A DNA stretch of 63,594 nt, the filler included, from Klebsormidium nitens (taxonomy: Eukaryota > Plantae > Klebsormidiophyceae): the NCBI GenBank assembly GCA_000708835.1. It is 10 parts of 10 records of this genome, joined end to end, with 100 filler letters (N's around TTAATTAATTAA, not from the genome) between each part and the next. Parts side by side here need not be neighbours in the genome. Positions count along the whole stretch, not along the records: positions 6,848 to 13,637 come from DF238168.1; positions 13,738 to 18,855 come from DF238452.1; positions 18,956 to 24,970 come from DF237856.1; 7 more parts are not named here. The stretch is one strand, 5' to 3'. Positions 12,038 to 22,900 of this stretch are shown here, one piece after another; within the stretch, counting starts at the first letter, position 1; each line of letters starts with the position of its first letter. The notes under the pieces were generated by a model that worked only from the letters and a program-made list of their open reading frames with translations, was not told where the DNA came from and made no database searches. A program made the position numbers and the translations under genes.

Positions 12038-13489
12038 AAGTTTGTGCGCAACATCTGCAAATGTAGATCGTGCGCCCAAGCAAGGCCCCACTACTAGCTG
12101 ACGTCATCAATTTGCTTCGCTGTGTGACCAGGAGATTGACTTCATCAAGGTCCCTGTCCTCGTGCCTGATGCTGTGCGACAACAACGGCGCCCCACAAAG
12201 CCCGCAGAGATGGCTGTTCTCAGCGCCACCAATCTGGACGCCTACACGGTCCAGCGCTGCCTAGAGCTCTTGCAAGCACGGTTGCATCCAACGGCCTACA
12301 AGCGAGGAGCGAGTAGGGCGCTCAACTTTAGCTGGACGGACCGAGAAGGAGAGCCGTGCTACACCGGGCACACTCACTCTGGGGTGCGCGATCTTTTGTG
12401 CGTCGTGAACGAGGCGCAGAACGCTGTCTTTGCCAAGTGCTCCAGCGAGCGAAAAGACTCCACGACCGGAGTGTGCTGCAAGGAGCAGCCTGCTCACTAT
12501 CTCGGCCGCTTGTACGAGGACGTGGAGACTTGGAAGGCCGGCGCCATCGAGATCGACATGCGCTATCTCGAACGGGACCCCCTTGCTGCTGGACCGATGG
12601 ATCTGCAGCTGATCCGGATGAGCTCGAAGGGGATGACGGACAAGATTCTTTTCAACAACGTGGTCAACAGGTGAATCAGCAGGTTTCGATGGCTGCAATT
12701 ACAAACTTGAAGGACCTGTCGCCACTTGCTTGTAGTCTCTTGTGATCCAGCAAGTTGCACAAGCACGTGAATTCACCTTATGAACCGGATTCCAATTGAT
12801 GACACCGTGTTTCTTCTGCGCTTTCTCAGATTTGACCGCACGTATGATATGCTGATAAACGGGTAACTTAGCTTCGAAGTCAAGTGGTTTGCCCACCCAC
12901 CGTTAAAGTAGATTCTCGGCTTTTCAGGTGGCAAGCTGGCGAGTTCCAGGCGCTCCTCGTTCGAAGCCCGATGGGCACGGGCAAATCCGAGCTGGTCAAG
13001 CGGATCAAGGCGGAGGAGCCCGTCCCCCAGAAGATTCTGCTGGTCACATATCGGCAGACGCAGGCGTCTGATGCGCATGGCAAAAACCCGGAGTTCGCCC
13101 ACTATGCGGACCTCAAAGCCCTGCCATCCCAGCTGAACGAGCAAGGGGATTTCGTTGCTCCTTTAGCCGACAGAGTGCGGTTCCCAAAAGTCATAGTCCA
13201 GGTCGACAGCCTTTACCACCTCCTCGATGAGAGCAAAGTGGTCGACTCATTCGATCTCGTAATCCTTGACGAGAGCGAGTCCAACCTGGCCCATCTTTCA
13301 GCTGATACCCTCTCTAACCGACATCGGATCGCCAACTTCCTGATTGAGCTTCTGTGCCAAGCAAAGCGGATTATAGCGCTGGATGGGCACCTGGCTCAGC
13401 GGACGTTCGACTTTCTCACAATGAGCGGCATCCCGTGCGGGCCTGTTGTGATCAACAATCATCTACCAGAGCGGACGATTTGTGACTAG
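10847..13489 (+). CDS. Spliced AEP primase + Zn-binding segment + UL9/origin-binding-protein-like SF2 helicase (3' truncated)
   Basis: Exons ~10847-11617/11621, ~12208-12670 and 12928-13489. AEP motifs KPFLDME, KFSVHLVIS, DQSVYTRNRGIRMPGCAK; Zn-like PCYTGHTH..AKC; helicase RSPMGTGKS, LLVTYRQ, IVQVDSL, LVILDESES, IIALDGHL. Intron 12671-12927 (AG/GTGAAT...TTTTCAG/G) joins in frame as NR-WQ. Confidence 0.85.
11690..12090 (+). repeat. 263-bp-period direct duplication within the first intron of the primase-helicase gene
   Basis: CAAGGACCTGGGATCGCCTGTCCAG...TGCAAAACGTGGACAAGTTTG occurs at ~11706-11780 and ~11969-12045. Confidence 0.85.
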
Positions 13490-13637
13490 ATTAGGGACCC
13501 CGGGAACAAAATTTCCTGGGAGCTTTTGCTGAAGTTGACCGCTTCTTGGGAAAATTTGTCACCTTGGAGTTTGAATTCTGATTTTCAATAGAAAATCGTG
13601 CATCTTGTCTCTAATTCTAGAATCTAACGGCGGTGCT

Positions 13638-13737
13638 NNNNNNNNNNNNNNNNNNNNNNNNNNNNNNNNNNNNNNNNNNNNTTAATTAATTAANNNNNNN
13701 NNNNNNNNNNNNNNNNNNNNNNNNNNNNNNNNNNNNN
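13638..13737. other. Artificial contig-joining spacer
   Basis: N44-TTAATTAATTAA-N44. Confidence 0.98.
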
Positions 13738-13898
13738 GATCGGTCTCGACGCTTCGCTCACCTTGTTTTCCCATGTCGACTCCACGTCATTGATGACATC
13801 TGTCAACAACGAGTGTGCCTCAACGTTGTCAGGAATCTTGGAGCGAAAACCTGCCGTGCCAAAATCAGGGCTCCTGCACCTTCTCGCCTCGGCCGACT

Positions 13899-16800
13899 TC
13901 ACGAGACCGTCCTACAGCTTGCAACGGGCTCTTCCCCAGACTCCCGCCCATCCCGTTCCGCCGGATCTTTGCCTAAAGCCCGTTCTGACCCTCTGAGGAC
14001 TCCCAACGCCGTGGCCATAACGCCCCCAGCCCGGGGAGCTACTGCCGTTCCGCCCACCTCAACTCCGGCTGGGACGCCCGGAATCCGCTCTGCCGGGCGC
14101 GGCTTATCTTTCTGCCCCGTGGGCCGCCCGCTCACCGCGTTCGCTGGATTTGTAGATTCCGTGCTCTGCTTGCCTGCTGCCGTTCCGCTCACCTTCTCTG
14201 CGACCGGGACGGCCGGAATCCGCTCTACCGGGCGCGGCCGGTCTTCGCGCCCCGCCGGCCGCGCGCTCACCGCGCTCGCTTTATCGGCAGATTCCGTGCT
14301 TCCCTTGCCGGCCGCCGTTCCGCCCGCCTTCACTCCGGCTGAGACAGCCGGAATCCGCTCTCCCGGACGCGACATATCTTTCCGCTCCGCCGGCCGCCCG
14401 CTCAGCCCGTTCGCGTGATTTGGAGGATGGATCCGCGGCTCCACTGGCGTTCCCAAGAACTCTCTGTCCGTCAATTTCTCGTGCCGCAGCTGCAGCGCCT
14501 GGAGTGCGGGAGCTATGCGTCTTACCTCATGATCGTCCCCCGCGATAGCCGCCGCTCTGTGCGCCTGTCTCATCAAGTCCATCTCCTTCGCCAGCTCTGC
14601 TGCCGTCGCTGTAACTCCTTGACCCCCCTGGACCGTTGCTGCCGCCCTATCTTCCCGCTTTGAAACCGCTCCTATCTCACGTGAGTTCGTCTCCGCGCCG
14701 CCGCCCTCCGTTTCCGGCCGATCCATATTTACATCACCGCTGTGGACAAAGCCCGCAGCCGCCGCCGTCCTCGACTGCAACGGGCTCGTGATTGGGTCCT
14801 CTGCTCCAAGAAACGCTTGCGCCGCTCGCTCGCCTCCGACCCCCATTGATGGCGTGGGCTCCATCAGATGAAAGTCCGTGAGGTACCGCTTCGACCTGCT
14901 TGACATTGAGTGCCATTCTGTCGTACTTTTGATGTCCGACTCACTCGGATCCCCCGGCAAAGATCCTCTGATCTCCCGCATCCCTTGCTCGCGCCTGTCT
15001 TTCAGGCGCTCCTGCCGAAAACCCTTGTGCGCTTCGCGGACTCTGACGGCCATCTGCTGGCGGCGCACGATCTCCGCTTCGTCGATCCTGTCCGCAGGCC
15101 ACGGCTTCGGATTCTCGTTGGGCTCTTCCCTCTCCATTTCGCAGCTCTCTTTCGTGAGCTTCGCCAGCGCGTTCAGCGTGATTGCGTTGATCTCGCGCAT
15201 CTCCTCCGTTAACCCCACCCAAGCTAACCCCTCCCGCTTAAGAAGTTTTAATAAAGGCCCGGGCCGTAGATGCTCCGGCCCCGGCATCGAGAGCGCGTCT
15301 ACCACTGTTCCTGGAATGAACAGTGGACTTCCGCGCAGCACGCCCAAAGCGCCAGCAGCTTTGGCGAACACACCAAGCTGGAACGGAGTGACCGCTCGCA
15401 TCTCGTCTAACTCTTCATACAGCAGCCCCTAGTCCCAAAGCGTCCCCCTGTTTCGAGCGCGATCCGCGGCACCGATGTCGGACTGGAGCATGAATCGATG
15501 AAGCTGCTGGACGTCCAACGCAGAGCTCGAGCGCTCATTCACAAACGCACCGAAACGTATATCCGATACTTAACGTACGCCGGACGCCAGTATGGAAACC
15601 ATCGCAAGAAACCTTCCAGCCGCAGATCCCGGTTAAAGTCAGCAGCGCGGACGTCGCCGAAGCCCGGCAGCCACATTCCGGCGGACGCCCATTCCGTGCG
15701 GTGCTTTCCGCTGAAGAGCCGTTCCAGTAGGACCACCAAGCCGTTGTTTTTGATCCGCTGCCCAAGCTCGACGTCACCCATCCACGACTGCCCCTCCACG
15801 AACCGTCTCTGTGCTTTCAGAAGCCCGAACGTCCACGCCCACTCCGACATGATTTTCGGCATCATTAAGTCCAGCACGTGACAAAACTCCACCCCGAAAC
15901 TGCTGTCCGTCCCTCGGCCGCCTTCCTCATCCGAGCTCACCACTCGCCGCTGCCGCTTCCGCCGCCGTGTCGCCTCGGTTTGTTCAGCCGCGCCTCGCGC
16001 CCGTCCGCCCGCGGCGACGCGGCCGCTGCCCGACCCAGCTCCCCCCCCGCGGTTGATCCTTCGCCTCGCGGCCGGCCGACCGCCGTCCGCCGGTTGCTCT
16101 GTCGCCGCCGGCCGTGCCCGCTTCCGTCCGGCGCTCCGCGCCAACACCTCGTCCTCGCTGCGCTCCTTGAAATCGAACGGCCCCGTCGTAACCGGCTCGG
16201 AACGCGGCACTAGCAGAGCGCCTTGCTGCTCTTTCCAAGTCCGCAGATGACGCAACCCGGATGCGGCTGAAGGGTTCGTCTTAAAAGTCTTCAATCTCTT
16301 GGGCACTTGCACACTTCCTGTGAGCTGTCGCCGATCGAACCGTTCGCTAACGAAACTAGGCACTCTCAGCCGCTGCTGCAGGAATATGGTTGAGCTCGCC
16401 ATGAGCTGTACAAGCTCCGCCTCGATCTGCTTGACGACATCCGCGCTTCCCGCCATCGCCGCTGACGTCGTTTGCAGCCATGCGCGGCTCGTCTGCTCCG
16501 GCCTCGACCGGTCGGCCCCCACCCGCGCGATCACGCGCGCGTACTGGTCCATTGCTTCAGCAATCGAAAGCTGTGAACCTTCCACACAGCCTTTGATCCA
16601 CTCGACATAACCGAGCAGAAAAAAACGGTTGATCGACTGCGCGCCCGATATGACGACTGAGAAAGCACGCGATTCCAGCAGACCCTCCACGCACCGTATC
16701 ACCTTTACGCACAACTCTGCAAACTGTTCGACGCGGTCTCGACGGGCGCACCGGACAGCGTGACCCAAGACAAACAGCCAGAAGCCGATAAGCTGCACAC

Positions 16801-17098
16801 AGACTCGTCCACTGCACTCTTCAGCGCATTCGTCCAAAAAGCCGGCCCGCGCCGCTTGGTTGGCGTCCCGAAACGGCCATAGGTACGGCCGCTCTGCCAT
16901 GACTTCGCCCAAGACCGGCGCGTCCGGATCCCAGCCTTCCGCTCCGCTCCCGTCCCCCAAAACTGCTGCTAACTCCGAATCATCGTAAATTCGGACGTCT
17001 CCGCCGCCGACCTCTTCGACGAGGCTCATGGTCCGTTCTGACGATCCTGTCGGATGCTTCTGCGTCCGAATCCGCCCTCTCGCTACGGGCCGCTTCAA
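13899..17098 (-). pseudogene. Large orphan ORF (~1060 codons) broken by one frameshift and one stop; contains 45-aa repeats
   Basis: ORF 15539-17098 (519 aa) links through a frameshift near 15560 (IRFGAFVNERSS...TLWD) and an in-frame TAG at 15429-15431 (then GLLYEELDEM) to ORF 13899-15401 (500 aa). Confidence 0.55.
14040..14414 (-). repeat. 135-bp (45-codon) coding tandem repeat, ~2.8 copies
   Basis: GCCGTTCCGC at 14044, 14179 and 14314; peptide unit AVSGRPA..DxPRP.ERIPAV...GTAAGK.STES. Confidence 0.9.
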
Positions 17099-18285
17099 CC
17101 GGGTTCCCGGACACCGCTTCCCCCGCCATGCTCGGCCACCCAGCTGCGAGCTTCTTACAGCTCACCTGCACAGAAGAACTTGCAACCATTCATCTCGTGC
17201 TTCATTGCACGGTCAGTTATGCTGAAAAGTGGCCAAGTATGCATTGACTGATCTGCTGAGTTCTTCAAGCCCCTCCTACCCGCTTATGTGCGACGGCTCA
17301 TCGAATAATACTTCGAAAAACAAACCCACCGATCGCACTTGCCCACGTCAACTTCGTGCTCTATTCAAACCATAGACACAACGTAAAACCCCTAGACCAG
17401 CTTCCAGTGAGGACTTCGACGAAACAAGCGGCCGCCGTCTGAAACAGCTCCACTGCGTAGAAATATCTCTCGGTACATATTCCTCATCACCCTGCTCGTA
17501 TTTGTAACCCTAATTCGCCACAGAACGCATCAGCCAGAAAGTCAGCCAGATTATAAAGAGGCATGCACCACAACACGACCCCCACACCCCGTCTCCGGCC
17601 GAACGAAACCTTCCCCCATCGTGACCCCTTTCCAGAGAAACGATCTGCAACACAGTGAACACCCACATCCGAACCATAAGCATGAGACGAAGCACTCCTG
17701 CGCTACCATGCATCCAGATTTACCCACATGTCTTTCAGCTTTCCAGCACAAACAAAGCTCGCCTTACCTTTCACAGAATCAGACCGGATCACATGACAAC
17801 CCTCTCTTCATACCATGACAGCACGCCACGGCAAGCCTCACCACTCTGCTGTTGATCTGACATTTGCACACCTTATTACATAAGCCAATAGGTGTAATTT
17901 GCATGAAGATGGCGCGCATGCCGCAGCTTGGCACAGTTACATATCGGCGCCCTCCACCCCTCCGTCAGCGCAGACGAACAGCAAACTTGGCTGCCTTCTA
18001 ACAAAGAACTATGCAGATTGGCGAGCGCTGCCGCCTCTTCCGGCGCCCATTCTGAAGATGATCATAATGACGACATTCGATCTTCAATCGTCAGAACGCC
18101 GCGCGTTTAAAGAACTTCAAGGAGTGCCACAGAGATAAGACTCGAGTTTGCAACAATCGCCAAACCACGCCCGCGCCCGATTTCCTGCCGTACACTTTAA
18201 CGTCACACCGGTTTCTAAGACTAACACTCTGTTTACAATTATAAGTTCTGATCGTCCACGCTGCATGCACTTCTAATTGAAAATA

Positions 18286-18855
18286 TCAGGCCGTCGTCTT
18301 CTGCCGTTTGCCACTGTCCGAAACGCCGTCATCGAAGCCGACACCTCTTGTCCACGTGGCTTCTACCAGCTGACTGATCCACCACAAGTGCTCCTCCTTC
18401 GCGCTCTCCATGCGCTGTTGCACCGCAGGCTCGCTCTTGCGCGCGCGCGCCTGTGCGCGCTGCCGCTCGCGCAGTACCCATGCCGGCTTCAGGTTCATGT
18501 CCTTCATGTGATCATGCAGCTTCTCAGCCTGCAGACATTGAAAAAAACAGCTTCATTCTGCAGAACAACACAACAGAGCCCCAGCTTCGACCGCATCGGG
18601 CGGCGGGATTATAGATTGAATCCCCGTCCGCGCGCGGGCGCGCGCGCTGTCGCCGCTCCGCCGTAGCCTTACCTGCTCCTGCGTCATCATCTGAAGCAGC
18701 GCTCCACTGATGCCCCAATAGTCGTACAGGTCCCGCATTGTCCACATGCTAGCTCCACATCCATAGCGTTCTTTGTAGAAGAACTGGTCGCACAGTGTCG
18801 ATCTCTTCTCTTCCGTGCCCTGCCGCCACTCACTCAGTGAAGCGGCGCTGAGCAG
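18286..18855 (-). CDS. 3' two exons of an unknown gene (5' part cut by the contig end)
   Basis: Exon ending ...MMTQEQ at 18673, intron GTAAGG...CTGCAG 18672-18529, then exon 18528-18286 (AEKLHDHMKDMNLKPAW...). Phase-0 join is in frame. Confidence 0.5.
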
Positions 18856-18955
18856 NNNNNNNNNNNNNNNNNNNNNNNNNNNNNNNNNNNNNNNNNNNNT
18901 TAATTAATTAANNNNNNNNNNNNNNNNNNNNNNNNNNNNNNNNNNNNNNNNNNNN
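18856..18955. other. Artificial contig-joining spacer
   Basis: N44-TTAATTAATTAA-N44. Confidence 0.98.
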
Positions 18956-19900
18956 CCTTTGGACCACACGTCGTCAAAGATTCTTAAGAAGTCCGGATGT
19001 TTCGCTAGGAAGAGCCATGTGCAAGGTGTGGTCCAGCCCGTTTCAAAGTTTGCAAGTCAGGCCGGCCATCCTGGCCATCTTGGGAAGCATATGGCAAGCA
19101 GTTCGGGTCCTGATGGACCACACGTCGTCAAAGATTCTTAAGATTTCTCCTCTCCTTGCCTGGCCGAGCTTTATACAAGGTGTGGTCCGGCCCGTTCCAA
19201 AGTTCGCAAGTCAGGCCAGCCATCCCGGACATTCAGAAGCATATGGCAAGCAGTCTTGGTCCGGTCCCTTTGGACCACACAACGTTAAAGATTCGTGTGA
19301 ATTAAGCTCTTTGCCAGGCGGCCCAGCTTTATACAAGGTGTGGTCCAGCGGCTCATGAAGTAGGCCGACCATCCCGGCCATCATAGAAGCATGTGGCGAG
19401 CAGTTTCGGTCCTGGTGGACCACACGTTGTCAATAGTTATTAGGAGAGTCCGCTCTTTGCTAGGAAGAGCCGTATGCAAGGTGTGGTCCAGCCGCTTATG
19501 AGGCAGGCCGGCCATCCGGGCCCTTTTGTAGCATATGTCAAGCACTTTCGGTCCTGGTGGACCACACGTTGTCAATAGTTATTAGGAATTTCGCTCTTTT
19601 CCATACGCAAGGTGTGGTCCAACCCGTTTATAAGTAAGACCGGCCATCCGGGCCATTCAGAAGCATGTGACGAAGCATTTTTGGGTTGGACCACACGTTG
19701 TCAAAAATTATTAGGAATTCCGCTCTTTGCTAGTAAGAGCCGTATGCAAGGTGTGGTCCAGCACGTTCGTAAGTCAGGCCGGCCATCCCGGCCATCCAGA
19801 AGCATATGGCAAGCAGTAGGCTGGCCTGGTGGACCACACGTTGCAAGTAGTTTTATTGAGAATCGGGTTAGGAGCCATCTGCAAGTTGTGGACCAGCGTC
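18956..19900. repeat. Tandem array (~130-157 bp period, ~7 units) of alternating inverted GGACCACAC/GTGTGGTCC motifs, upstream of the KDZ transposase
   Basis: GGACCACAC at 18961, 19115, 19272, 19417, 19559, 19688, 19831; GTGTGGTCC at 19026, 19180, 19338, 19481, 19612, 19751. Confidence 0.9.
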
Positions 19901-19947
19901 GGGACGGCCACCGGGCCACATGACGTGCAACTTTTGGTAACTCTGGC

Positions 19948-22900
19948 ATGATGAGCAGATTCCAGGGGGGCCGCAGAGGCTTAGGGCCATCGAAACCTAC
20001 TCAAACTCAAAGCTTTCTCCCCGGTCCCAGGATGACTCTCGTGACGGCGTGCTGTGACGAGAAAGGACACTCCGGGGTCGTGATCATCGCCTCGACCACC
20101 CCAGCGGCCTCGGCGGCCCTGCACGAGACCCTGAAAGCCGGTCAAGCCGTCAGGAGTTGTGCGGCAGTCCACTTCGAAGGACCGACTCCAGTCTTCAGCG
20201 ACATCAAGAGCGTCCCGGCGGCTGTGCCTCCCTTGCCGAATGCTGGGGGCGTGCGAGGAGGCCGCCTCTCCTATGCGGCCAAGCAGGGAGCCGCCGACTT
20301 CGCAATCGACTACGGACTCGCCTTCAGCTTGCGGCCCGCTGGGGCCTTTGCTCGAGGCGGATTTGGCTCGACGTGCATCGGGCGCACGTGCGGCGGAAAG
20401 GGGGCGGTCTATGCTCGGGGGAGCGAACCCTTCATCTGGGAGCGGAAACGAAACCGAGGCGGAGCAGTCATTTGCCGGGGTGGTGGGGGGCACCTTCTGT
20501 GCCTGCGGTGCGTGGAGGCCCAGTACAAAGAGGGGAGCCCCTTTGTTTCGAGCGCGACCGGAGGCCCTGTTCCTCAGCAAGAGCTCTTCACAAAGTACGA
20601 AGTGTTCCCCAGCACGAAGGAGGTTCGGGAGGTACGGTCGGGGGAGGAGGCGAGCGAGGGCGGCCACCAATTCTTCGTGCAAAGGAGGGATCTCGCCCCC
20701 TGCCCGTACTGCCGTGAGCCCAAGGCGGCCGCTCCATTGAGGCGCGGTGTCAAGAGGGCGCTTGAGGAGGGGCCCAGCCCACGAGAGCTCGGCACGGTGG
20801 CGCTCCTGTCGGAGTTGAGCCGAAGCAAAGTCCCTCCGATTGCAGTTGCCGCCGGCCTCTTTCTTGTGCCCCTGCTAGACGCCTCCGGTGGGCGCCTCCT
20901 GGACATTTTTGCCACGGATCGAGGGCTCAGTAACGTCCCTCGACTCGTGAAGGTCGACCACATGGGCAACTTCCGGTGCCTGTGCGGTCAAAAGGCGTGC
21001 CGGGACCACGAGGTGGGGTTCCTGGAGGCGACCCGTTCCGTGAGCGGCTGGTGGCAGGGCGGGGAGGCCATCTTCACGGCCTTTGACGAGAGCCGTCCCT
21101 TCGTGCGGGAGGTCACAAGCGGCGTGCCTTGGGTGTCGCCGCTAGAACAAGGGGGGTTCTTGGGGGCTGCTCTCTTTGGGCTTGATGCGGAGGCTTGGAA
21201 AGGGGGGCCGCAACTTCGAGTGATCGTCGTGAACAACGCTGGGGAGAAGCCCGTGGTATGCGTGCTTTGGGGAGAGAAGGCGCACTGCAGCGACATCGAG
21301 TGCACGGGTTCAGAGCGGTGCCGGCACCTCTTGGGGGTGCTCTCGAAGCAAACCTTGCCCCTGGTTGAGCGCGCAAATGATGGAGGCGGCAGCGAGGGGA
21401 GGCGGACTCTCACTGAGAGGCGGGCAGAAAGGGTTGAGCAGCGAGAAGCAGGGACGAGGAGGCTCTTGGTCTGTAACGACCCCGCGTGCCGGCGGCCGGA
21501 CTCAAAAGCTGCGTGCACCCACCGAGAGACCCTCGAGCCTTGGGAGTGCCTCTCGGCGGCGGCGCTCGACATGGGCCACAGCCACAAGCGAATTGACACC
21601 GTCATGAGCCGGGGCGGAGCGAGTGTTGCAAGCCTTTGTGAACGGTGGGGCGAAGAAGGTGTGCGACGACGGGACAAGGCAAAGCATTTTTGCGCTCCAA
21701 GACCCGTCGAGGTGCTCTCGCCCTGCGGCCGACCATGGCAGGTGGAGAGCAGGAGGGGGGCGCTGACGACGGCTGGAGCACGCTATGATACCACTACTTA
21801 CCGACGTGTCTGTCGCATCGCCCCGGGGCGGGAGGCGGCCTGCTGCTCAATCGCTTATGATGGCCAGGTGAATATATACTTCCCATGAAGCTCTCTATGA
21901 TGGAAATCTTCAAAGGGGGCTCGCCGTTTAAAGTCGGCATACGATGTGTTGGTTGACAGTGGAGGGGGTTGCTCACAACGCTCAAGTCGGGTATATGGGT
22001 TGTTTGTATATCGGAGGTCGAGATCTTTGATTTGGTCATCTGCCATCTCTCCCTCTTGCGGCACCCACCTGCATAGCAAAGACAGTTGCACATCAGCTTC
22101 TTCTTCGAACACCCTCTCGTCCCTGGCTTTGGAGCAGTCAAGAGTCGGCCGAAGGTCTATGCAATCCGCAAGACTGAGGCCCGCCAAAAAGGCTTGCATG
22201 TCAAAGTTCATCCCCAAAGCTTCGAGTTCCTTGTAATGTTTTATGAGATGGTTTCTTCTTTGAGCCACCACTCTCCTCCTCCAGGCATCGCGAGCCTGTT
22301 TGAAGCCATCAATTCCATTATTCTCTCGAATCGCTTGAGCGAGCACGTCCGACTTGCGATAGTATCCACGTGTGCGCGGACGAAGATGGCCCGGCCCGGG
22401 ATGGGGGACACATGGCAAACCGAAAAGGTCCTTCACTTGGTACTTTCGCCTAGCTTCAACGGCTGTCAGGCAGCCGAGCATGTCGTAATCGTAGTGAATA
22501 TAAATCCGACAAATCATTTTCCCCTTGTGTGGAGGAAAAGGCCATTGAACGCACTTACAGTCCTTTTCACAAAGCATGCACGTTTCGAGAGGCCTCTTGC
22601 TCTTTATGCACGGATGTGGTCCCGCCTCGAATCCTGTGAATGAAAGCGGCTATTCATGCATCCTGCTCTCAACAAAGGCTTGCGCATCTTTGCACGTGCA
22701 TGCCGAAGCAGCCAAGTCCTCAAGTTCAAGCTTTCCATTCTCTCCAATGATGTTCAGCACGGATGCAAACTTGGCGTTGACGTCCATGCAGCTGATATCA
22801 ACCTCTTAAAAAAAAGACTACTTTGAACGCGGCAATTGAACGGCCTTTCTAAATGTATCTTTGCAGGAGGATGGAATCTTTAACTTCTCCGGCAACAACC

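Noticed and set aside
18956-19900. CRISPR-like interpretation of the regularly spaced palindromic repeats
   Set aside because: The intervening sequences are homologous to each other rather than unique spacers, no cas genes are present, and the context is eukaryotic.
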